A stretch of DNA of 64,000 nt, taken from assembly GCA_050633305.1 (NCBI GenBank), contig JBOEGF010000005.1, forward strand, positions 427,372 through 491,371, read 5' to 3'. This document shows, in pieces, positions 27,263 to 37,438 of this stretch. Numbering within the stretch: the stretch's first letter is position 1; every line of letters starts with the position of its first letter. This stretch comes from Nannocystales bacterium. Its GTDB lineage: Bacteria; Myxococcota_A; Polyangia; Nannocystales; Nannocystaceae. A program made the translations under genes and the position numbers. Under the pieces are notes generated by a model. It ran no database searches, was not told the DNA's origin, and saw nothing but the letters and a program-made list of their open reading frames with translations.

Positions 27263-28144
27263 TCACCGCAGGGGCACGGCGCGAAGTTCGTCTGCAAGGC
27301 CCCGCAGTTGCGGTTCTAGCGGCGAGTCGGCTTCGTAAAGTAGCCGAAATGTGTCCTCCAGGAATGGGAGAGCCGGGAACAGCTCGATGAGCAGGCCGCC
27401 GAGCTTGTCTTGCACCGTGTGCCGCGGGAGCACCGCGACACCGAGACCTCGCGTCACCATGGCCTCGACGGCCGCCGAGCTCCCGCAGGGCCAAACCTCT
27501 GCGAACCGCATCGAGGGCGACGCCGAGAGCATGTATCGAGCCAAGGGTAGCTCGGCGCTGATGTCGATCAGCACGTGCTTCGCGAGGTCACCGGGCGTCT
27601 CGATCTCCGCGGCGACACTCTGACTCGCGACCAAGACGTACACCTCGGGGTGTAGGACCTCGGCGAGCCAACGCGCGTCCGCGACCGGAGCGCTCGTGAC
27701 AATGGCGTCGAGCTTTTGCGCGCGGAGCTGTCCCAGCAAGTCCGCGCCAGAGCCGAAGTAGAGCTCGATGGTCCACAGCGGCCGACGTTGGCGGAGGTCG
27801 GCGACGATGGGGACGATCCAGGAGATCCCCAGCTCGAACCGCGTGCCCAGTCGAATGGTCACCGGGCTCTCGTCTCCAGACTCGCCGCGCGTGACGGGCC
27901 CGACTCGCGCCGCGTCCTTGAGGAGGGCCTCAGCGTGTGGGAACAGGCGGCGACCGGCGGCGGTGAGGTGCACGCTGCGAGAGGTTCGGTCGAACACGCG
28001 CTCCCCGAGTTGGTCCTCCAGCTGTCGGATCCGCTGGCTCAGGGCGGTGGGAGTGAGCCCGACGTGTTCGGCCGCCCTCCGGAAGCTCGAACGGTGTGCA
28101 ATCGCGACGAAGCATCGAAGGCTCTCCAAGGAGGGCAGGGACAT
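27263..28144 (-). CDS. LysR family transcriptional regulator
   Basis: LRCFVAIA..SSFRRAAEHVGLTPTALSQRIRQLEDQLG..VFDRTSR. Confidence 0.92.
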   Translation of the reverse strand: MSLPSLESLRCFVAIAHRSSFRRAAEHVGLTPTALSQRIRQLEDQLGERVFDRTSRSVHLTAAGRRLFPHAEALLKDAARVGPVTRGESGDESPVTIRLGTRFELGISWIVPIVADLRQRRPLWTIELYFGSGADLLGQLRAQKLDAIVTSAPVADARWLAEVLHPEVYVLVASQSVAAEIETPGDLAKHVLIDISAELPLARYMLSASPSMRFAEVWPCGSSAAVEAMVTRGLGVAVLPRHTVQDKLGGLLIELFPALPFLEDTFRLLYEADSPLEPQLRGLADELRAVPLR

Positions 28145-28280
28145 ACGTGCAGAGTACCCGGGGGCTCCGTTCTGATGCCGCGCGCACCGCGGTCCCGAAC
28201 CGTCCTGACAGCCTGGTGAGCCATGTCGAGCTCCCTTGCGATGGCCGAGCGTTGCCCGGACCCGCGGTATTGTCCCGGGC

Positions 28281-29153
28281 ATGGACCAGCTCGCAGGCAA
28301 GGTAGCAGTCATCACGGGAGCGGGCAGCGGCCTGGGCCGTGCCCTCGCGCATCGGCTTGGGTCCGCCGGCATGCGGTTGGTGCTCGCAGACATCGATTCG
28401 AGTCGGCTCAACGACGTCGGTGGCGAACTCGATGACAAGGGGGCGAAGGTTGCAACGCTGGTGACCGACGTCTCCAAGCGCAGTCAGGTGGAAGGGTTGG
28501 CGGATCTCGCCTACGAGCAGTTCGGTGCCGTCAACGTGCTGTGCAACAACGCCGGGGTCGCCGTGGTCGGGTCGGCGTGGGAGTGCACCGATGCCGACTG
28601 GGCGTGGGCCATGGGGGTGAACCTGTGGGGGGTGATCCATGGACTACAGGCGTTTGTGCCTCGCATGCTCAAGGCGGGGGAGCCTGGTCACATCGTCAAC
28701 ACCGCCTCTGCTGCCGGCATCTTGGCGCCTCCGCTGAGCAGTCCGTATGTCGCAACCAAACACGCGGTCGTGGGGATGACCGAGAGCTTGTTTCACGACC
28801 TGGCGCTACGCGAGTCGAAGATCGGGTGCTCCGTGCTGGCGCCGGGATTCGTGAAGACACAGATCGCGACGTCGGAGGCGTTCCGACCTGAGGAACTCAA
28901 GAACCCGGTCCCATCCTCCGACCCCCTGATGGCGGAGGTCGGCAAGTACTACGCGCACGAGGTCGCGCGAGGCATCCCGGCGGAGGCCGTTGCCGACGCT
29001 GTTCATGAGGCGATCGTCGAAGGTCGCTTCTACATCTTCACGCATCCCGAGATGACCCCCGCGTTCGAGGACCGGTTTTCGCGGATGGTCGCGGGCAAGA
29101 ACCCGAAGACCCGGCCTCTTGCGGCATCGCGGGACGACGATCCGACCTCGTGA
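28281..29153 (+). CDS. SDR family oxidoreductase
   Basis: TGAGSGLG, CNNAGV, NTAS, catalytic YVATK. Confidence 0.92.
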   Translation: MDQLAGKVAVITGAGSGLGRALAHRLGSAGMRLVLADIDSSRLNDVGGELDDKGAKVATLVTDVSKRSQVEGLADLAYEQFGAVNVLCNNAGVAVVGSAWECTDADWAWAMGVNLWGVIHGLQAFVPRMLKAGEPGHIVNTASAAGILAPPLSSPYVATKHAVVGMTESLFHDLALRESKIGCSVLAPGFVKTQIATSEAFRPEELKNPVPSSDPLMAEVGKYYAHEVARGIPAEAVADAVHEAIVEGRFYIFTHPEMTPAFEDRFSRMVAGKNPKTRPLAASRDDDPTS

Positions 29154-29208
29154 CCCCGCAGGCTGAGGGCGGGGCGGCGAGGATTCGAGAGCGGGGCTGA
29201 GATGAGCG

Positions 29209-32200
29209 CTAGCCGCCGAGCTTCGCGTCGACCTTGTCGATGCGTCGCGCGGCGGACGCTACGCCAAGCTCGTCCGCCTCGACGTAGTGCTTGCGTGCCT
29301 TCGAAAAACGGCCGAGCTTGAAGTAGGTGTCCCCTAGGAGCAGGCGGTACTTCGCGTTGCCGGGGACCTTGCGTACCGCTTTCTCCAAGTAGGAGGCGGC
29401 CTTCTTGTATTCGCCGCGGTTGAAGGCTCCGTTGCCCAACTCCGCGAGCTCGGATGCCGGGGCGCCTCGGGTACTCGGGGATGGCGTGGAGTCACCGCCC
29501 GTGGGCTTACGCGGTGACGCGGGCTTCTTCGGCTTCGCGGGCTTGGGGGCTTGTTTCGCGGCGGTGGACTTCTTCGCCTGAGGTCTCTTGGTCTCTGGCT
29601 CTGGCTCTGGCTCTGGCTCGACAGGCTCTGGCTCTGCTGCGGGCTCCGGTTCCGGGGTCGCAGGCTTCGGATCGACGACGGGCGGAGGCTCTGCGGCGGG
29701 GGGGGGTGAAGAGGACGCGAGTTTTTCCGGGTCGTCGTCCGAGGGGCCGAGCAACACGACGCCGAGGGCGAGAACGCCGACGCCTGCGGCAATGCCGAGC
29801 CACAGCGCCCAAGGCTTCCGCGGGGAGTCGAACTCGTCGTCGAAGTCCTCCGTTGTTCCGCCGAAGTCGGCCGCGGCGGGAACGGGCTGAGGCTGAGCGC
29901 CCGGCGTTGAGACTTGGGTTCGGTCGACAACGGGCTGAGGGGCGAAGGGGTCGTCCGCCCGGGCGTCGAGCGGAGCTCCTTGGGCTTGGGCCGCTGGCGG
30001 AGTGACCAGGATCGGCGCGGGGGCGGGGGCGGGCGCCGGAGCAACGGGCCCCAGCACGGGATTCGGCTCAGATGCGGGGAGGGGGTCTTCTGCGGGAGCG
30101 GCGACGGGAGCAGGGATAGGGGCGGCGACGGGAGCAGGGATAGGGGCGGCGACCGGGGGCGCGGGGATGGGGGCCGCGGGCGCTGGCGCGGGTTCTGGTT
30201 GCGGGTCCGAGCGGGGCTCGGGTGGCGCGGCCGGAGCCTCAGCCTCAGGTGCCGACAACGGCGGCTGCGAGGGGGCGGGCGCTGTTCGGGCAGGCTCCCG
30301 AGCTTCGGGCTCGGAGTCGGCGAACGGGGACACCCGAGGCGCGGACATGTCTTCCGGCGCAGGGTTCTGTTCCCGCTCTACGGGGCCGACAAACGGGATT
30401 TTGCGGGGGACCGAGACGGCCTCGGGCGCCTCGTCTTCAGCCCCGGTCCACGTCGTGAGCAGGTCGCTGTTCTTGAGCCCGTCTTCCGCAGCGGGCAACG
30501 AGACCGGGGGGGGAGGTGGCAATCCTTGGGCGCCGAGTGGCGGCGGCGCGGGCATCGGGACCGAGCCTGGGGCGATCGGAGCCCGCCGCGGAGCCGGCTT
30601 GGGAACCGAAGTCGACGCGGCAGGGGGTGGCGGGGCCGGTGCCCGCGCGGCAAATGGCGGCACCTTCGGTGCAGCACCCGGTCCAGGGTACCGAACCGGT
30701 GGTTTCGGCTTCGCAGCGGGCGGTGGGACGAAGCTCGAACCCTTCACCACGCCGCGTTTCATGGTCTGGGCGGTCGTCGCGGGGGCGACCGGGGTGGGGA
30801 TCCCCGTCCCTGACTCCATCATGTGCGCGGGCTTTGGGAATGCCTTGGCGTTGGGTCGGGTGGCAAGGTTGTCGAGGTCCTCGCGCTCGTCCGTCGAAGC
30901 GGGCGGGCGCTGCGGAATGGTGACGCGACTGACCGCGGTCACTGCACCATCGAACTCGTCGGAGTCTTTCCTGGCTCCCTTGACGACGGGGGACGATTGA
31001 CCGAGGGACGGAGGAGCCCGGTGAACATGCAGGGGCGCCGTCCCTTTCTTCGGTGCCGCCTTGGGGATGCCCGTGAACTTTGGCGCACCGAGGTTGGAGT
31101 TGGACGACGGGCCCTTCGGTCGCGGAATCGAGAGTGGACGGGTGCTCGACTTGGGAACAGGTGCAGGCATTCCCGGAGCCGGACGTGCTCCTGCCCGCTT
31201 CACATGTTCTTTGCGCTTGGCCTCGACCTTGGCCGCGAGTGCTTCGGCTTCGTCCACGGTGATCGGTCTGGACTCGGCGACGTCCACGACAGACGGTGCG
31301 CCCAGACCCGACTCGTCCGGCCTCTGACCTTGAAGCCCTTGAAGGATCGCGCGCCGACGAACTTCGTCCACGCGCGGGATGGGAAGGTCGTCCCAAGGGG
31401 TGTGAATGTCTGCGTCGATCTGGGCGAGGCAGAGCTCGGCCTCCAGGTCGGCCATGTCCTCGAACCGGTCCTCGGCGTCCTTGGCGAGGCAGCGATGGAT
31501 CACATCGATGAGGCCTTGCGGGGGCAAGCCTGTGGACCGAAGTCGAGCCGCGATTGGCATCGGGTCTTCGATCGCGTGACGTCGAGAGACGGCGACGGCG
31601 TTCCCGGTTCGGAACGGAGGCGAGCCCGTGAGCATCGTGTAGCCGATGCAGCCGACCAGGTAGAGGTCTTCGCGCTCGGTCCGCGAGAGCCCGAGGATTC
31701 GCTCGGGGGTGACGGGGTGGCTGCCAGCGTTGCTGTCGGGGATCTGCAGGTCGGCATTCATCAGCCCCTGCAGCGCGAAGTCGGTGAGCACGACGCTGTC
31801 GGGTCGACCCTGGGCGCTGGTCAGGAGCACGCTGCCGACGCTCAGCGCTCCGTGTGCGACGCCGGCGCGGTGGGCCAGGCCGAGCGCCCGAACGATTTGC
31901 CGCAGGATGGCGACCACCCGCGGCGCGGGGAGTGCCTTGCGTCCGAGTTGCTGGCTGAGGGCGCTGGCGTTGAGGAACTCGGTGACGACAGCGACACGGT
32001 CATCCGGGTAGGGGACGACGTCGATGACGCCGTTGATCGACGCATCGATGACCCCGCCCAGGACGTTGGCCGTCGCGCGTGCTGCATCGAGGTGTCCTGC
32101 TGTGAGTTGTCGAGCCGGATGCAGGAGGGTCAGGACGACCCGATCTCCGGTGGCCGAGTCGACCGCCGTGAACACGTCGCCGAGCGGGTGTGTCCATCGT

Positions 32201-32442
32201 CGCCCTCGGGTTCGGTACCGTGAACTTGCTTCCGAGGCTTGGTCGGGCGTCGAACGACGGACCGTGCGCTGGTCATCCCCGGAACCCGGTGGGCTCGGCG
32301 GGCTGCGATGTACACGCGTCGCGTCGCCATCCACGGGCGAGAGCGCGGGAGGCTGGATTCGAGGCGCTCCCCCACGCTTCCGGAGTCCTCCCGATGGAGG
32401 TGGTGGTGGTGGGGCTTTGCGGCCGGGGCGGTCCGACGACAA
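29209..32442 (-). CDS. Ser/Thr kinase-like pseudokinase with Pro-rich linker, TM helix and C-terminal TPR
   Basis: Kinase fold (DFA, TPE, DLYLVGCIGYTMLTGSPPF, CLAKDAEDRF) but VAIK to VVLT and HRDLK to HGALS; TM segment WALWLGIAAGVGVLALGVVLL; TPR at the end. Confidence 0.85.
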   Translation of the reverse strand: MSSDRPGRKAPPPPPPSGGLRKRGGAPRIQPPALSPVDGDATRVHRSPPSPPGSGDDQRTVRRSTPDQASEASSRYRTRGRRWTHPLGDVFTAVDSATGDRVVLTLLHPARQLTAGHLDAARATANVLGGVIDASINGVIDVVPYPDDRVAVVTEFLNASALSQQLGRKALPAPRVVAILRQIVRALGLAHRAGVAHGALSVGSVLLTSAQGRPDSVVLTDFALQGLMNADLQIPDSNAGSHPVTPERILGLSRTEREDLYLVGCIGYTMLTGSPPFRTGNAVAVSRRHAIEDPMPIAARLRSTGLPPQGLIDVIHRCLAKDAEDRFEDMADLEAELCLAQIDADIHTPWDDLPIPRVDEVRRRAILQGLQGQRPDESGLGAPSVVDVAESRPITVDEAEALAAKVEAKRKEHVKRAGARPAPGMPAPVPKSSTRPLSIPRPKGPSSNSNLGAPKFTGIPKAAPKKGTAPLHVHRAPPSLGQSSPVVKGARKDSDEFDGAVTAVSRVTIPQRPPASTDEREDLDNLATRPNAKAFPKPAHMMESGTGIPTPVAPATTAQTMKRGVVKGSSFVPPPAAKPKPPVRYPGPGAAPKVPPFAARAPAPPPPAASTSVPKPAPRRAPIAPGSVPMPAPPPLGAQGLPPPPPVSLPAAEDGLKNSDLLTTWTGAEDEAPEAVSVPRKIPFVGPVEREQNPAPEDMSAPRVSPFADSEPEAREPARTAPAPSQPPLSAPEAEAPAAPPEPRSDPQPEPAPAPAAPIPAPPVAAPIPAPVAAPIPAPVAAPAEDPLPASEPNPVLGPVAPAPAPAPAPILVTPPAAQAQGAPLDARADDPFAPQPVVDRTQVSTPGAQPQPVPAAADFGGTTEDFDDEFDSPRKPWALWLGIAAGVGVLALGVVLLGPSDDDPEKLASSSPPPAAEPPPVVDPKPATPEPEPAAEPEPVEPEPEPEPETKRPQAKKSTAAKQAPKPAKPKKPASPRKPTGGDSTPSPSTRGAPASELAELGNGAFNRGEYKKAASYLEKAVRKVPGNAKYRLLLGDTYFKLGRFSKARKHYVEADELGVASAARRIDKVDAKLGG

Positions 32443-32525
32443 GACCCCTCTAGGGTCTCACAGTCCACGGTGGGCGTCGCAGCAATTTCGTGGAGACCCC
32501 CATTGTTGCTACGCTCGGACCTGGA

Positions 32526-33638
32526 ATGCTGCGGATCGGAACGTGTGGGGGGACCCCCGGCCTAGGAAGTGCCGCGCTGGTCGCGGCCTTTTTTGTGGCT
32601 GTGAGCCCGTTGACCGCCCTTGGGGCGAAGCCAAAGGCCAAGACCCGGGTCGCGGTGATGCCCTTGTTGACGGAGGGGGACGTGCCGAGCGAGGTACGCT
32701 CGGAAGCTCGCGAAGAGGTCAAGGCCGCGCTCGAAAACAAGAACGTCGAGCTCGTCGACGGACGGCCGACCGGCGCAAACTGTACGGATTTTGAGTGCAT
32801 CCACTCGGTTGCCGAGGACGCGGATGCGCAATGGGTGGTTCAGCCCGCGCTTTCGACCATCGACCACGACTACGGCATCGCGGTCCGACTGTTCGACGCA
32901 GCGGGCAACCTCAAGGCGGACGAAGCTTCAACCTGCGAGATCTGCAGCTATCCCGACGCGGTCGAGGCCCTTGTGACCGGCGCGAAGCAACTCAAGGTCC
33001 CGTTGCTGGAGTTGGTCGAGAATCCCTACGGCGACCGCGAGCAGGAGACGCACGAAGCCGAGGCCATCTCCCGCTTTGCGATTCGTACCGAGCCCGAGGG
33101 CGCGTTGGTCAAAATCGATGGAGAGCGGGTTGGAAAGACGCCGCTCGAACTCGAGGTTGAGCCCGGCCTACGCGACATCGAGATCACACTGCGAAACCAC
33201 AACGACGTGGTCGAGACGGTCCGCGCCCCGCGGGGGGGCTCGGAGATGCTCAACTACACGCTGACCAAGAACAACGAGAAGCAGACCCGGGCGTTGCGTA
33301 TCACGGGTTGGACGTTCTCGATGTTGGGAGTCGGGCTGCTCGGCGCGGGCGTTCCGCTGCTCGCCCTCGAGGAGGAGCCGGTCAAGCGTCAGTGCTCGGG
33401 CAACGACGTCGACTTCGAAGGTCGCTGCCGATATCGCTACGACACCCTTCTGCCCGGTGCTCTGCTGACTGGCTTTGGGATCGCGTCCTTGTTGACCGGC
33501 ATCACCACCGGGGTGATCGCTGCGTCCCGTCGCGACAAAGGCCCAAGCAACGGGACGCTTGATTCGATGGACGAGGACACGATTTCCGTGCGCCCGATCA
33601 TCGGGCCGACCAGCGCTGGCGTGAGAGTGAGATTCTGA
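32526..33638 (+). CDS. PEGA domain-containing exported/membrane protein
   Basis: PEGA motif IRTEPEGALVKIDGERVGKTPLELEVEPG; signal peptide and C-terminal hydrophobic segments. Confidence 0.85.
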   Translation: MLRIGTCGGTPGLGSAALVAAFFVAVSPLTALGAKPKAKTRVAVMPLLTEGDVPSEVRSEAREEVKAALENKNVELVDGRPTGANCTDFECIHSVAEDADAQWVVQPALSTIDHDYGIAVRLFDAAGNLKADEASTCEICSYPDAVEALVTGAKQLKVPLLELVENPYGDREQETHEAEAISRFAIRTEPEGALVKIDGERVGKTPLELEVEPGLRDIEITLRNHNDVVETVRAPRGGSEMLNYTLTKNNEKQTRALRITGWTFSMLGVGLLGAGVPLLALEEEPVKRQCSGNDVDFEGRCRYRYDTLLPGALLTGFGIASLLTGITTGVIAASRRDKGPSNGTLDSMDEDTISVRPIIGPTSAGVRVRF

Positions 33639-33949
33639 TGAAGCGACTGATCTTCGGCCTTGTGCTTCTTCCTGCGTGCATCGAGGACAATCCGTTCTTC
33701 GTTGAGACAGACGGCCCAACGACCGGGTTCGTGGCACCTGACCAGACCATGGGCGACACGTCGTCGACCGGCACGACGGGCGCCATGACGTCGTCGGGCT
33801 CGTCGTCGGGCTCCAGCTCGTCGAGTGACGCGTCGTCGAGCGGCTCGTCGTCGAGTTCCAGCTCGTCGAGTTCTACGGAAGACGACTCAGGTGACTCGAG
33901 CGACTCGGCTTCATCGACGAGCAGCTCGAGCACCACCTCGACTACGTGA
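33638..33949 (+). CDS. Short lipoprotein consisting only of a Ser/Thr stalk (possibly truncated)
   Basis: TGATG coupling to the PEGA gene; LLPAC lipobox; poly-Ser/Thr up to the stop. Confidence 0.6.
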   Translation: MKRLIFGLVLLPACIEDNPFFVETDGPTTGFVAPDQTMGDTSSTGTTGAMTSSGSSSGSSSSSDASSSGSSSSSSSSSSTEDDSGDSSDSASSTSSSSTTSTT

Positions 33950-35048
33950 GACCGAGTCGATGGCTCCGGTCGCGGATCTCCGCGTCCGCGCCAAAGACCG
34001 ACGCAAACACGGCCGCTCGGATCCACATCCCGTTGCGGACCTGTCGCCAGACGACGAATCCGGGGTGGTCTTCCCACGCGTCGGGGAGCTCGTTGACCCG
34101 AGGCAGCGGGTGCATCAACACGCAGTCCGGCCGGATAAGCTTGCGGTACTCGTGGTGAAGGATGAACTCGTCGGGCGCACCGAGTTTTTTGTTCGCGTCG
34201 GGCTGACCTGCGGTGCTGCCCTTGTCCCACTCCTGCTGGAGGCGAGTCATGTACATCGCATCGATGCCCTCGCCGTGGTCTCGCAACACGGGCTCGATCG
34301 CGTTGTGGACCTGTACCTCGATGTCATGGCCGCGGATGTACGCCAGGAGTTCGTCGTCCGGCGCATGGGCTTCAGGCGAGACGAAGTGGATCTTCGGCTT
34401 GTCGAACTTGGTCAACAGGTACGCAAGCGACCGCGCGGCTCGGTTGCGGGCGATGTCGCCGACGATCATCACGGTCTTGCCGTCGACGCCGCCCCGCTCG
34501 GCAAGCGAGTAGCGAAGCGTGTAGAAGTCGAGCAACGATTGGGTGACGTGCTGACTCTTGCCGCTGCCAGCGGAGATGACGGGAATCGTCCGTTGTGTTG
34601 TGGACAGCGCCCACGATGCTCGCGCTCCGAAGTCGTCGTCCGGGTGGCGGGCAACAATGGCGTCGAAGAAGCTCGACAGGGTTCGCACACTGTCTTCGAC
34701 GGACTCGCCCTTCGAGAATGAGCTGGTCCGGATGTCCGAAACCAGCCGGCTGGTCGCCCCGAGCTTGTCGGCTGCGGCGACGAACGACTCGGCTGTCCTG
34801 GTGCTCGGCTGCGCGAACAGGTTCATGATGCGGGCACCTCGCAGTAGGTTGCGCAGGTACTCGCGTCCCTCGACGTGTCGGTCCAGGCGCCGAATTGCCG
34901 TAGCCGTGTCGCAGAGGTTGCCGAGCTCCTCCTTGCTGAACTGTTGCGAGATCAGCACAAAAAAGTGCCGACCATCACGTTTGAGAACTTTTGCTCGCCG
35001 GCTGCGGCTGGCGAGACTGTCGCGAAACTCTTCGAACGTCAGATCCAT
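33942..35048 (-). CDS. pyrB: Aspartate carbamoyltransferase catalytic subunit
   Basis: PSTRT, SSFSKGES, HVTQSLLD, VGD, YMTRLQ, HPLPR. Confidence 0.85.
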   Translation of the reverse strand: MDLTFEEFRDSLASRSRRAKVLKRDGRHFFVLISQQFSKEELGNLCDTATAIRRLDRHVEGREYLRNLLRGARIMNLFAQPSTRTAESFVAAADKLGATSRLVSDIRTSSFSKGESVEDSVRTLSSFFDAIVARHPDDDFGARASWALSTTQRTIPVISAGSGKSQHVTQSLLDFYTLRYSLAERGGVDGKTVMIVGDIARNRAARSLAYLLTKFDKPKIHFVSPEAHAPDDELLAYIRGHDIEVQVHNAIEPVLRDHGEGIDAMYMTRLQQEWDKGSTAGQPDANKKLGAPDEFILHHEYRKLIRPDCVLMHPLPRVNELPDAWEDHPGFVVWRQVRNGMWIRAAVFASVFGADAEIRDRSHRLGLT

Positions 35049-35189
35049 GGCGATCTCCGGGGTGTGGGCCGCCGCGGAATTTACCTCAGCCGTGTGACAG
35101 GACGGCTGCAGGAATTGCGAAGCCCCGCGCCTGACCCACCAAAGAGGGGGCAGGGACGGGGCCTTCCGAGTGAGTTCGCGCGCGCGATC

Positions 35190-36617
<1,428 letters not shown>

Positions 36618-36663
36618 GGCGCGCACTGTAGCAGGCTCACGCACCTGGGGGGAGCCGGCGCGT

Positions 36664-36867
36664 TCAGCCCTTGTCTGCGGGTTCGGCTTGAAGCGTTTCC
36701 AGGGTCGCAGCGAGCTTCAGCAGCCGTTCTGCAAGCTTTCGCGTCTGTTCCGCATCGAGCTCGACCGGCATCCCCTTCGCGGTGACGGCTTTGAGTTGGA
36801 CGCAACGAGGCGCATCCACCCAGGCGAGGGCTTCTTTGACCCGGACCATTTCCGCCGTCGTGTTCAT
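36664..36867 (-). CDS. Small hypothetical protein
   Basis: 67-aa ORF with plausible composition (VQLKAVTAKGMPVELD..Q.RKLA); TGgTATCGT upstream. Confidence 0.55.
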   Translation of the reverse strand: MNTTAEMVRVKEALAWVDAPRCVQLKAVTAKGMPVELDAEQTRKLAERLLKLAATLETLQAEPADKG

Positions 36868-36938
36868 CCGGCGCGGACGATACCAGAAGCAGAGGACCAG
36901 CGTCATGCACGCCCGGATGTCGCGGTACGGTACCGAGG

Positions 36939-37391
36939 ATGGGTCGGTTTCTTTCCGCGGTGTTGCTGGGTGGGTTGATCGGGTGCTCCTCAGAGCCCGA
37001 CTCGTTGCGGGAGGCGGCGCGGTCCGTTCAGGACGAGGCCGAACTCTCCTCGCCACGCCCGATTCTCAACGTCCACGATCTGCAGGCCAGCTTTCGGTAC
37101 TACCGAGACGAACTCGGCTTCGCGGTGGACTGGGAGCACGGTGACCCGCCGGACTTTGGCTCGGTGAGCCGCGGCGACGCCGTGGTCTTCTTGTGCGAAG
37201 GCTGCCAAGGAACGCCGGGGGCGTGGATGATGGTGTTCGCACGGGACGTGGACGCCCTACATGCGGAGTACGCTGAGACCGACGCGAAGATTCGACTGGC
37301 TCCCAAGGACATGCCATGGGGCATCCGAGAAATGCATGTCTCGGACCTGGACGGCAACGTGATCCGCTTCGGGACCGGCGAGGACGAGTAG
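36939..37391 (+). CDS. VOC/glyoxalase-bleomycin resistance family protein with lipoprotein signal
   Basis: PILNVHDLQASFRYYRDELGF, MPWGIREMHVSDLDGNVIRFG; LIGC lipobox. Confidence 0.85.
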   Translation: MGRFLSAVLLGGLIGCSSEPDSLREAARSVQDEAELSSPRPILNVHDLQASFRYYRDELGFAVDWEHGDPPDFGSVSRGDAVVFLCEGCQGTPGAWMMVFARDVDALHAEYAETDAKIRLAPKDMPWGIREMHVSDLDGNVIRFGTGEDE

Positions 37392-37438
37392 GTCTCCCTT
37401 GGGCCGTGCTCGGGATCGTCTGCAGCGCGCGTAGCCGG

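Noticed and set aside
30095..30150. 24-bp tandem repeat (gcgacgggagcagggataggggcg)
   Set aside because: Encodes PAPVAAPI repeats within the pseudokinase linker; not an independent element
35100..35189. GC-rich hairpin region upstream of pyrB as a possible PyrR attenuator
   Set aside because: No PyrR-binding consensus or U-tract recognised; could simply end the FKBP transcript
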